From assembly GCA_025594325.1 (NCBI GenBank), contig JANHCV010000007.1, positions 1,178,001 to 1,242,000 on the forward strand: a DNA stretch of 64,000 nt. Reading direction: 5' to 3'. The notes under the pieces were generated by a model. The model searched no databases. It was not told the origin of the DNA and saw only the letters and a list, made by a program, of their open reading frames with translations. Positions 47,331-58,132 of the stretch are shown in pieces (positions within the stretch are counted from its first letter, which is position 1; each line of letters opens with the position of its first letter). Both the position numbers and the translations under genes were made by a program. Origin of the DNA: Blastocladiella emersonii ATCC 22665 (Eukaryota > Fungi > Blastocladiomycota).

Positions 47331-49557
47331 TGCAGCGAGTGGTGATGAGTGAGGGAGCGGGGACTGCGCGCGGCGTGGCGAAGAGTCACTCGCTCGGCCG
47401 ACGCGCGCTCGCGCTCACGTCCACGCCAAGCTGTGTCACGTGCGCGTGACCGACACGTGTTTTTGCGACGCGTCTCGCAGCCCGTCTCGCAACCCGCCGT
47501 GCCACGACTCTCGCTCAGTTTCGCTAGCCTTGAAACGCGCGGTTAAAAAAAAATACGACAAACTGCACTTGAAAGCAGGACTGCGAGGGGAGGAGGGAGG
47601 AACTGGCAGGGCACGGCGCGTTCCGGGTCGTGACGCGGCCGCGCGGTTACCCCCTTTGTTCTCGAGTTGATGAAAGCTTAGAATTTGGTTAGGCTTTGGA
47701 AGCGACGAGACCCTTGCCATGACAGTTCCTGGGGTCGCAGCTCGCCGTCCCATTCCGCGCATTCGTGTCCACAGCGATCGCCCACCGTTTCCTTCGTAAA
47801 CAGGGGCCAAGAAGCGAGCCGGGTCTGATAACCGTGTCACAGTCGTACGAACAGACCAAGAGCGAGCTCATGCCTTCGGCTCTCTTGCCTGCGCGACGAC
47901 AGCCGGATGTTACGGATGCGGCTGGACTCAGCCGCACGAGAGCGAGTACCAAGCACATCGCAGCGGCCGGATCGTACCGCAGCTCACGCGAGGTTCTCAA
48001 GCGAGCCGCAAAGGTCATTCATCGCGGATTGAAGGGGACCTTGCGCCTGAACGAGCTCGCAGGCCAAGCGTGAACGGACGCGGCCAACGTGACCCTGCGG
48101 TGGCGTCGGACGGTGGAGTTTACACGCTCGCCACAGCTCGCTGATTTGCTCCATCCACCTTCCGTGCATGCTTTACGCATGCTGTAGATGCCAGTTGATG
48201 CAATGTATTCAACCCATGGATTTCTTCCAAATTGCGCCTAGTTTATGTCTACTTGCGTGATTCGAGCGCCGCGCTGAACCCGTAGCACAGGCACCGCCAG
48301 CCGCTGACGAGCCGCGCCTGTCCCTCCCGGCGCATCAGAAGTCATGTCCGCGTTTGATTTGACCGCCGGCAGCTTCAGCTAGTTGATAGGGCCGCTCGCC
48401 AACTCGGAGACCCGCCTTTGAGTGACGAACAGAATGTCGCCTACTGATCCATGACTCTACCATGAAGCTGGAAACTTTCACGTCGCGTTTCAACTCTAAA
48501 AGCGTCGCGTGGCAGATAGTGAAGCTCGATCACGGGGCGTTACATGTTCTACCAGCGTCAGAGGCAGCTCGAGCATGGCCGTTCCGCGACCCTGTGTTCA
48601 AGCAATAGAATAGCACCATTCGCAACTCTCTGAAGTGGCCTTTGATGCGTTCCAGGCGCTTAAGCGCACCGACTGGATCGCATGCACCTCATTCAAGTCT
48701 GGAAAGATTTGCAACGTGCCGGTTCGCCATGGACGTGCTTCACTGGTTGAGCGACCGTCCCGCGCGCTCTCGCAGAAGCGCTGACTTGTGAGCAAGCTAA
48801 GTACCAGGGCTCACCAGCTTTACTCGAGGCTGGCAATTGTTGCCCATTCGTGCTAGCGGAAACGGTCCTTCACTCGCTCTCTCTCATCAACTTGTACGAG
48901 TTAAACCAGGACGGGACCACGTGCAGACAGGAGAAATCTGAACTCTTCTTGGCCGCTTGGCTTGCCGCGCCGGTAGGCGTCCACCTAATAAGCTCGATCC
49001 GCGAGCGCAAACCGCAACAGCATGCGTGCCGCAAACCCCTTCAGGCGAACATAGGTTTCGCCCTCTGTAATCTGCAATCCCGGCCAGAAAACCAAGTTTA
49101 TCTACCGAGGTAGAGGTAGTTGACCAGTTTGCCGCCAGGAGAAAACCTGTTTACCCTCTGGATTGGATGATGTACTCGATTTGCGACCCCATGAATTCAA
49201 ACAGTGTCTATCGTTTCCGTGCTCCTCTGAGCGCGAAATATATTTCCGCGTATCACATTTTTCACTCTGAGGCACGGGAACGACTTTCGAGGTTAGCTGC
49301 TTGAATCCACCCCGGCGGTGTGTTAGCGTTGAGAATCCGATCACCATTTTTTTCTTGACACCCGGCTTCCAACCACCCCAACGCTTAAAGATATTTTTTG
49401 TATCTCTTAGCACGGCCAGTCCATCACCGTCGAGAACAGCGCAATCGACTGAGCCGTTGTGGTGAAAAGTCCAACTTACTTCAAGGGCGACGACAACCAC
49501 CACAACCACCATCAAAAAATCCCCCTGACCTCACCCATCACGCTCATGTATCGCATT

Positions 49558-49662
49558 CACCGGAAATCCTGATATGCGATTTCGACCCTCACCCGACCCG
49601 GCCCAAGAATTGAGTGCAAATTTGCAGCTGGCCGCACAATTTGCGATCCGCGATTTCCGATG
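49558..49662. mobile_element. 105-bp MITE-like element (copy 2 of the GCAAATTTGC family)
   Basis: 11-bp TIRs CACCGGAAATC / GATTTCCGATG (1 mismatch), TT on both flanks, internal GCAAATTTGC at 49616-49625. Confidence 0.55.
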
Positions 49663-52199
49663 TTCTAGCGTACTTGGTGGTGCGGTAGCTCGGCACGATG
49701 ATGAAAGTACCCTCAGCGGAACAGCTTTAATTTGATCAACTTGGCCTGGCGCGAGTAGTATCATTGGTTTGGGAAAGATTGAATGATGTTGATTTCAAAG
49801 CAGCAGTTGGTGGTTGTGCTCCCAATTTCATGCAAATCGACGAATGTATGCACTTGATAATTTCAGAGCAAAATTGTACATGGAAATTCAAAGGGATCAC
49901 CGTGCAATCATCGGAACGGAGGTGCATGGTTACAACAATGCGGAAACACACGGTTGCCACATGCTGCCTAGAGTGGCCCCATCACTCTACTGATGGTCGA
50001 AGGCAATGTACGGCACAGGCGCGGCAGGTGCCTCGACTCGATTCGGTGCGTGCACTAACAGCTCAAATTGCCGAAACTTTGCAACTAGCTCACGCGACGC
50101 GCTACACCACGTGAGTGGCGCAGCTTGAAACCCGGCCCGATCACTGACTCCATCACGTCGACGTGTCGCTTTACGAGTTCAGTCAGCGCATTTCGGAACC
50201 CGCACGACCACGAACTCAGTCTTCTGGCAATATATTTTCCAGTTTAGTACACACGGTCCGGTCGCGGCGGCTCAAACGACCGGTCCGCCGAGCGCACGCG
50301 GCAGGAGTTGGCGCGTTCGATGCTCAACGCATGACTCTTGGCAAAGTCACTGTCGAGTTAACGGACGTGAAAATGGACCTTTACCAAGAGCACCTTCCGT
50401 CAGATTGCACAAAGCATCTCCTAGTTTATTTGGCAAAGGACGGATTACAATAACGCAGAGATGCACGGTTGGTGCATACAGTAGGGAGTAGTTCCAGCAC
50501 TCAACTCTCCGTCCAGAGTGATGTAGGGCACAGGAGCAGCTGGTGCATCAAGAGGGACCGCGAACGAGCTGGGCTGGGGCTGCTTCCGCACACGGCATGC
50601 CTCCTGCGTCCTCCAGGCAGCAGCTTGAAAGAGCCAGTGTCCGGTACTTGGACGGTGTACGTAGTGCTCGGTTTCCCCTGGAGCAGTTGCTGCCTTGGCT
50701 ATCTCTCCCCACCCCGACGACTTTTGGTCGGTCACCAGCGGCTGAAGAAGCTCGAGGTGGTTGACGAGGTCGGTCATACTGGGAGCAACCGCCAAAAAGG
50801 GAGTTCCAGTCATGACGGTCGAGAAATTGTAGGTGTGCCGACGCAGCGAGTCACGGTCCTCACGAGACACCAAAAGTAGTTCGTCAGAGGTGGCCACCGC
50901 GGGTTGAGGCCGCGTCGGTACGTTTACAGCAGTGATTGGAGTCCTGCGCTCTGGAACCGGAGCCGCAGCTGTCTTGACGGCTTCTCCTATTCAAGTTGCG
51001 AAAAAGAATAGATAAGTTTCGGCGCGTTAACAACAGTTGCGCTCGCGTCTCATAAACTACGAGTCGCGTGCCAGGAGTTGCACGGCGCTGTACGCATACA
51101 CGAGCCTGCGATAGGAGAAGTACTGGTCATTTTTCAACACTGACTGTCAAAAAAGTGGTCGGTTGCCGGAGCTCAAAACAGTTGGTGTGGGAGCGAGGGG
51201 GCGAGAGAGCGAGGAAGTCTAAGCAGCTTACGTGCTCAGTGCATGCTGGAAGTGCGACAGTTGCTGGGCCTTGCAAGCAGCTCGCTGCAGCCGCATTCAT
51301 GTTAGGGAAATGAAGGTCAGCACGGAACCGGAATGAAGGTCAGGTGGCGGCAGGTCATCATCGAGTCTCTGACAATATGAGTTCGGCCGACACCCTGCTC
51401 TCTGTCGTGCCCTGACTTGACCATTGGCTCCCGACAGTTGGACTCCATCACCGACTGCAGTTCCAGAGATATAACTCGCTTTAATTGTACCCACATAATT
51501 TCAACAATCAAAATGAAGGTATACATGGACGCAAATTTCGTTTTCAGCTGTAGTTGGAGCAAAGCTGAGTTTCCGTCCCTGCAGTACTCCACAACAGTGC
51601 AGCTGAGTGTCCAGCTCCGAATTTTCGGCTCCCCGCATTGAACACGACTCGAACTGATAGATTCACGCGACTATGTCTCGCAGTGAAGCTGGATCACCTC
51701 TTGGATCAAGTGAATGGGCTGAGCGGTACATTTAACAAACTTGGCCGTGCGCATCGCGACGATAAGACTGCTTACTGCGACGTGTGTTCAATTCAACGCG
51801 GCTCAAAGTGACGACTATGCTTGGCGTGCGGCACGTCGCCGGTTGTCCGCCTTTACGCTGGAAAAGCGTTGCCGCGCACGACTCTTAGTAGACTTGAGCG
51901 GTTTCACGCAAAAGAACCGAACAAAGTAGTAGAAAGAGCGCAACTTGAGCTCTTCGGGCCGGTGTATGTAGTGATCGCTGATCGGGATATTGTTCGCGTT
52001 CAAGTTGAACGCGGAGCCGAAGTTCTTGTTAACACGCTGACCGTTGCCCGTGCTACTTAATAGGTCCGAGTCCGAGTCTATGGCTTCGGCCGCGATACGG
52101 AAGGGTCAGGACAGGGCATCGTGCTCAGAGTTCCACGTCAGTGGTATCTACGTCTGCTCGCCCCTGCGGAGCTGATCAAGCGCAACGCTTTGTATTCAA

Positions 52200-52925
52200 T
52201 ACTCTCGCGTTCTCACCCCCATTTTCGTTTGCCCAAAGAATAGTAATGGAATCCGCGCTGATACTGTCGCATTCCGTCTCCTCAGCTCGCCACCAGGCAC
52301 AGCGATGAAGACTCGCCCGTGCCGCGTCGCCACGTCGCGCTGCAGCAGCTGCGCGTCGTCAGCGCAGGTCGCCCCTGCTCGCCTTGATGAACCGAAACGC
52401 CGCCCTACCCTTACGCTGGAACTCCTCGACGTACGACTTGTGTGCTTCCGTCACCGGCTGAAGCGGGACGTGAACCCATGTGCCGGCCAGCCCCCAGCGG
52501 CTCGCCGCCGCGATTTCCGTGGCCGCGTCTGGGCCGTCGACGGACGGCGACTTGAACAAGCGCATGAACACGCCCACGGTATCAATGGCGAGTTTCAGGC
52601 TTGACTCGCGCAGGTCGAAGGGCTGCTTGTAAACTATCGGTACGACGTGGTGCAGGAAGCACAGCAGGCGCTCGCGGTCGGCCGTCTTGCACAGCAGGTG
52701 CGACCCTGCGCCCAGCGCCGGCCTCAGGTGCGTCGGCGCGCCGCGAATACGTCGGGTCGGCCTCGCGGCAAAGTGAACCCGCAGTTTCGCCTCGGCCGAG
52801 GACGGCGGTGCTGGTGCTGGTACCGATGGATTATTCCCGCCGTCAACAACTTGCGTGTCCGGCTTCGCGAGCGGCCGCGGCCATCGCGCCTGCAAACCGT
52901 CGTCGTGGACGAGGGACGGCGACAT
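52200..52925 (-). pseudogene. Coding-like remnant or orphan gene fragment
   Basis: ORF 52359..52925 has gene-like codon bias (LLCKTADRERLLCFLHHVVPIVYKQPFDL..) and an intron-like GTAAGG..CTGAC..CAG near 52330-52415; no intact model could be built. Confidence 0.3.
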
Positions 52926-53560
52926 GGTCTATGGCGGCGTGCGTGCGTTTCTACACGGCGGCGACGGAACAACGAGTCGCGGGGGTACTTGGACCGCGGA
53001 GTAGTAATAGTCGTCTCTGGTAGACCGCCGAGTGTTCGTTCAAGTGATGCGGCCACGGAAGGAGCGGAGACGTCGGGCGGACGCTCAGTGTGCTCAGTTG
53101 CCGAGCTGTAGTCCACGACATAGAGGCCGAGAAACTCTCCTGGATGCGCATAAGCAAGAGGCTGGTGCGGTGGCGGCCAAAGTCACCCGCCGCGGCAGCG
53201 TGGACGTGTTCAGCCCTCACGTGTGAACTGATCGGAGACGCGATGCGCCACACCCGTTTTCGGTGCACGAGGTTGTGTCGCCATCAGTTGTGCGCAAGTT
53301 TTGGCGAAGGTTGCAAGGTTCGCAGCATCATTTGCGCGCGGCGGCGGGCTTGGCACGCGTGTTGGCCATGGCCACGGCCATCGTCGCCGCTGAGCGAGTC
53401 CGCGGTTCGTTCGATGTTCGCCGACGTCACACTATCGCGGCTGACGTTTTCGAACTTTCGACATCGCTTCCTTGCAAATTCAACACGACGGCGGCGACGC
53501 GTGACCGGTTCCGTGGAACCGAGTCCTCCTCGCGGCACGCTCCGTGGAGCTCACATCACG

Positions 53561-53760
53561 ATTTTTTTTGGTCGTTTTGAAGGCGATTAAGGCACCGCAG
53601 GCAAGCGGTGCTTTCAAAAGCCATGTCCGGCCGTTGAAGGCACCCACCAGCTTTCAAAAGCACTCCCCCGCCTTCAAAAGCACTCCCCCGCCTTTGAAGG
53701 CTGCGGACGCTTTTAAAGGCTATAAACGCTGTTATCGCCTTCAAAACGCCCAGGAAAAAT
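53561..53760. mobile_element. 200-bp MITE-like inverted-repeat element
   Basis: 27-bp TIRs ATTTTTTTTGGTCGTTTTGAAGGCGAT vs ATCGCCTTCAAAACGCCCAGGAAAAAT (3 mismatches); internal TTCAAAAGC / TTGAAGGC sub-repeats and a tandem CTTCAAAAGCACTCCCCCGC duplication; no clear TSD. Confidence 0.7.
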
Positions 53761-53799
53761 TCAATATAGGTTCGCCAGCTCACGCTCCAGCTTCGCTCA

Positions 53800-54906
53800 G
53801 GGTCCACGAGAGAGATATAGGGAGGAACAAAATGTATTGATCATCAGGCACATCGAGGGCGGGAGATGGGAGGAGGGCGACGGCCGCATCATGTCGCGGC
53901 CGATTCGAGGGATCTGAAGCACACCGCACTCGGCCGCCATCGACCTGCGAGCCGACGCGTGCACGCGGCCGTGACCTTGGGGACCCTTGGGGATGAGCTT
54001 GAGGTACTTGGGCTTGGCCACGGTGGCGATGCGGTCGATTCCCAACTGTACAGCTGCAGCGCTTGGGAGATGCACGCTTGGGTACAGCATGATCAGCGCT
54101 ACGAGGAAGATGCAGGTGAGTGACTGTCGTGGATGAGCAAAAGCCGCGGGGGGCGTACCGTGACCATGGCCGTGGCCTGCTAGAAAACGTGTGTCTTGTC
54201 GCGGTTGACCTTGCGCGCGCGAGCGAGTTCACGCGGAAGCCGACTACACGGTGCAGGCGGGGCGCGACGAGTCAGAGACAAGCCGCGTGGGAGACCTGGT
54301 GAGAGGTGTGCAGACCGTTGCCGCGAGAGAGATCGACCGGGACACGGTGGTCGGGCCGGGACTCGGCGGCGGGTGGCGGCGGCGAGGAGGACCGGACGGC
54401 GGCCGCGTGCGAGCCCGACTAGTCGATTCGAAGGAGGCCAGCGGGTGGGCGCGATGACGGTGGCCGGGCTTGGTGAGCGAGGTTCGTGCGGGCACTACAC
54501 AGCGAGACGAGACGAGACGAGACGGGTCAGGATCGGCGCTCGTTGGGACGGGGCGACGAGCGAGTTGGCGACGGCGAGGGCGGCATCAACCAGCGTCAGC
54601 GGAGCACCAAGTAGGTGCGCAGACAGCGTAGTCGAGGGAGATCGAGCCGTGACGAGTGGAACGGGTAGCGCGGAGCGAGAGTGACGCGGCGAAGGGGAGC
54701 GGCGGCGGCCGTGAGGATTCGGGGAGCGACGGTTTGGCGTAGGGGGCGAGGGTACTGCGGCGGCTGGAAGGTTGCGAGCATGATGGCGGAAGGGGGCAAG
54801 CGGAGGAGCGAGCGTGGGGCGAGCGAGAGGCGGCGGACCAGAGGCACGCTCACGACGCGCGACCACGCAGCACGGACCGCGCGACGGCGTTGATGTGGGC
54901 GGGCAT
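53800..54906 (-). pseudogene. Decayed intron-containing gene of unknown family
   Basis: ATG at 54906 (MPAHINAVARSVLRGRAS) behind a promoter-like region; acceptor at 54495; introns 54244-54295 and 54099-54158; coding-like fragments (RKVNRDKTHVF, GIDRIATVAKPKYLKLIPKG) lie in different frames with stops. Confidence 0.45.
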
Positions 54907-56069
54907 CGTGTCGGTGCGTGTGGTTGTGGTGAGGGGGCGGCGGGCGGGGGAGAGAGCGGGGGCGGGCGGCGGCGCTCGCCCTTTGTTTGGCGGGCGGGTG
55001 GCTTGCCCGCCGCCGGGCCGCGATGATCGGCAAAGGGCGGAGGCCACAAAACGTGACGCGCCTGTCACTTCAAGCACGCCCGCTCCCTGTGCTTTTCGGG
55101 ACTTTGCGTCGGCGCGAGTGTGCGCCCTCGCTGCTGCTACTGCGAGACCAGCCGCTCCTCTCTGTGACGGTCCCCTCGAGCTGACCTCGCCCTGCGCTAC
55201 GCGCCGCCTCCGCTCCGTCACGTTCCAGCCGTGCGCCCGGCGCTCCTCTCAGCTGCTCACCGTCGCGGTGGCGAGCGAGCGCGGGTCGCGAAAAGCCGCG
55301 CCCCAACTGCGCGCCGTCTCGGCCCGCGATGCGCCGCTCCTTGATCGGGCAAGCCGCCGGGCTCGCATGCTGAGCGCGGGGAGCCCGGGGCCGCGAGCGT
55401 CGATCGTGAGCGATCGGACGCCGTTCGGGGCGAGGTTGGCGGCGCCCGCCAGGGCCACGGCAACGTTGCATGCGGTGCCGCCGCGAACAGCGTGCTCAAG
55501 GCCGTGCCGCACGCCGCACGCCGCGCCCGCGTTGGCCAGGGCGTTGGTCTCGCGCGGGGCTGCGCGCGGGGCTGCCCGGCTGAGCGGGTCGCGAAGGACT
55601 GCTCGCGCGCGGGCGGGACGCGGGGCGGGACCAGTGTTGGCTGTCTCGCGCGCCTGGCTCAACGCCGCCGCCATCCTGCTCAGTGCGACACGATGAGGCG
55701 AGGCGTGACGGGTCGGAGCCTCTCGGGAGCGCGCTCAGTCAAAGCTTCAAGTTGTTGCAGTGGTTACATGACGATAAATTCGCGTTAGGGCGCTGTGTGT
55801 GATGCGGAGGGATCGGGGAGCGGGGGTTCGAGGGGCAGGGTGGTGGGGAGGTGGTCTGCAGCCGGCGGCCCTTGGCTGCGAAGCGGCGGGGAAGCTCTCA
55901 AAGGAGCGCGGCGGCCTGCAAAGCGGCGGGGGTGCCTGCAAAGCTGTGGGGAGCTGCCTGCAAAACGGGGTGGGCGCCTGCGAGCCTGAAACGAATTTCG
56001 TGATGCAAGAGGTGTGAAACGGGCTCACTTCACGCGGAACGCAAGTCGTATTTACTCGGTCGTACTATA

Positions 56070-57881
56070 TTAGCTCAGCGAGAACCCGACCATCCCGACC
56101 TCCTCGACCCTCGCGTCCGCCGCACTCCTCGCTCTCCGGCGCTCGTCGATCCACTTGGCGAGCCGGTCCGCCTCGCGCTCCGACAACCAGCGGTCGAGCA
56201 CTGGCCGTAGGCCCCCGTCAAGCACGACGAGCGCGTCGACAGCGGCCCCGCCGACCTGCGCGCTGGGTCCGGCATCAGCTTGCGCGGCGAGGTACGCGGC
56301 GTACAGGTTGACGACGTGGTCGGCGTACGCCATGGGCTCACCGTCCTGTTGCTGCTGGTGCAGCGCCCGCAGCGGGTCGGCGCGCGACGCCATGACGGTG
56401 CGCGGGACCCACTCGCCGAGCTCGTACCGCGGCGGCGCGCTGACGTGCGACCCGGGCGCCGGCGCCTGTACCGCGCGCACGGCGCGGAAGACGGTGGCCC
56501 AGTTGGACTCGACGAGGCGCGGCGGGACCGCGTTGGCGGCGAGGAGGGCGTGCATCGTCGCGAGTCCACGGGCGAGCGCGCGGGCGGCGGCGGGCGGGTC
56601 CGAGTCGAGAAGCGCGAGGGCTGACGCGGGGTGTGAATCCGCGAGCTCGAGGGTGCGCGTGAACAGGTCGTCGAGGACCGAGATCACGGCCGAGACCTGC
56701 GGGGCAAACTCGGCGGCGACCATGGCGCGGAGCACGTCAAGGGACAGGTCCGCAAACTTGTCGCCGGCCCCAGCGAACAGCGACCACAGCGCCGAGTAGG
56801 CCGCGCGGTTAGGCTTGAACTCGAACCCGCGGCGCGTCCCACGGGCGCGCCACAGGGCGGCGGCGCTCGCGGCATCGAGCGTCGCGGCGAGGTGCATGAT
56901 GAGGCTCGACTGGTCGCGCGCGGGGACGGGGCCGAACGGGACGGGCGTGGCCGCGGCGTTCGGGTGGGTCCGCGACCACGCGGCGGGGCGCGCCTCGAAC
57001 GGGAGATACAGGTCGGGCATCAGCGACCCGCGCAGGTCGCGGTACACGCGGGCAGCGAGGCCGAGCTCGTCCTGCTCGCGGAACCCGCGCATCGCCGTGA
57101 GGTGCAGCGAGAAGACGGCGAGGTGCATGGCGCGCAGGGCGCCGCGCGGGACGCCGCCGTCCTCCTCGCGCGCCGCGGCGAGCCAGGTGAGCGCGCGTGG
57201 GGCAAGTGTGCGCAGCAGCCGATCGGCATCGTCGGTGCGCCGCGCGGCGCATAGGACGGCGATGATGGTCGAGGCGGGCTCGACGGCGGTCGGGTCGCCC
57301 GCCGGGAGCGAGTCGCCCACGCGGCGCAGGTACAGCGAGTAGATGCGCAGGGCAGCGTCGGCGCCGGCGTGGTCGCCCACGAGCTGGATCGCGAGCGCAA
57401 AGTCGGCGGGGCTCGCAGTAGGGACGTGGCACAGCGCCGTGTACAGGTCGGGGAAGCCGCCGGATGGGTTCCATTCCTCGGTCGGCGCGGTTTCCCACAC
57501 GGCGGGCGGGAGGAGCGACGAGACCGATCCCGCTGCTGCTGCAGCCGGCCGTTGCCTTGGTGGCGCAGCGGCCGTCGTAGCGGTACCGAGCAGCAGGGCG
57601 CGCTCGCCGCTCGGGACGTGGGTTTCGGCCTCGCGCAGCAGGCGCAGAAGGCGGAAGTGGCGGCCGTTGGACAGCTGCAGGCGGGCAACGGCGGCGGTGA
57701 CGGCGTCCGATGCGCCGGAGCGGATGGTGGGGGTAGCGAGATCGAGGCGCGAGCGGAAGCCCTGGGTCAGGTCGCGGTACAGCTGGGCGTCGGCGGCCGG
57801 GTCGCTGGTGATGGCGGCGTGCGCGCGCTGGATGGCGCGCTTGAGCGAGAAGCGCGAGAAGAAGCGGCGCGGGGCGGCCAT
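56070..57881 (-). CDS. Hypothetical alpha-helical protein, possibly mitochondrial PPR-like
   Basis: 603-aa ORF; Arg-rich presequence-like start MAAPRRFFSRFSLKR; degenerate PPR-like stretch GFEFKPNRAAYSALWSLF..LDVLRAMVAAEFAP. Confidence 0.7.
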   Translation of the reverse strand: MAAPRRFFSRFSLKRAIQRAHAAITSDPAADAQLYRDLTQGFRSRLDLATPTIRSGASDAVTAAVARLQLSNGRHFRLLRLLREAETHVPSGERALLLGTATTAAAPPRQRPAAAAAGSVSSLLPPAVWETAPTEEWNPSGGFPDLYTALCHVPTASPADFALAIQLVGDHAGADAALRIYSLYLRRVGDSLPAGDPTAVEPASTIIAVLCAARRTDDADRLLRTLAPRALTWLAAAREEDGGVPRGALRAMHLAVFSLHLTAMRGFREQDELGLAARVYRDLRGSLMPDLYLPFEARPAAWSRTHPNAAATPVPFGPVPARDQSSLIMHLAATLDAASAAALWRARGTRRGFEFKPNRAAYSALWSLFAGAGDKFADLSLDVLRAMVAAEFAPQVSAVISVLDDLFTRTLELADSHPASALALLDSDPPAAARALARGLATMHALLAANAVPPRLVESNWATVFRAVRAVQAPAPGSHVSAPPRYELGEWVPRTVMASRADPLRALHQQQQDGEPMAYADHVVNLYAAYLAAQADAGPSAQVGGAAVDALVVLDGGLRPVLDRWLSEREADRLAKWIDERRRARSAADARVEEVGMVGFSLS

Positions 57882-58132
57882 GGCGGGTGTTTCGCGGGTT
57901 TGTTGCAGGCAGTTACATTCGCATTACGAGCGGGAGTGGAGGGTGAGGGGAGAGCTTAGGTTACGGGCGGAGAGGCCAAGGGTGGCTCAACAGGCGCCGA
58001 TGGGAGTGGCACACCGATCGCGCGCGCGGTGCGGCGGCTGCAGGAGCGACCCGTTCCGCCCGTTCCGCTCCGCCGGATTCGTCGCTCGCTCTTCCGCCTC
58101 CGGTCTCCTCGCCAGGAACCCCGCTCGATGCA

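Larger units (their letters stand above)
44770..53252. repeat. Pair of ~85-100 bp diverged repeats in inverted orientation (44770-44850 and 53152-53252)
   Basis: Reverse complement of the left copy (GCAAGAGGCTGGTGCGGTGGCAGAGCGTGGACGCGCTCAGCCCTCACGTGCAAGCTGATCGAGGACGTGATGCGCCACA) aligns to the right copy apart from an ~20-nt insertion. Confidence 0.75.

Noticed and set aside
47880-47930. CYGCG..H resembling a retrotransposon Gag zinc knuckle
   Set aside because: Spacing does not fit CX2CX4HX4C; no protease, RT, integrase or LTR is detectable.
50163-50453. LLVYLAK resembling the Crinkler LFLAK motif
   Set aside because: Single short match with no upstream ubiquitin-like CRN pattern or downstream HVLVxxP motif.
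54050-54230. NRD..FLAGHGHG resembling transketolase/phosphoketolase GHG motifs
   Set aside because: Needs an assumed frameshift, and the flanking residues do not follow either family convincingly.
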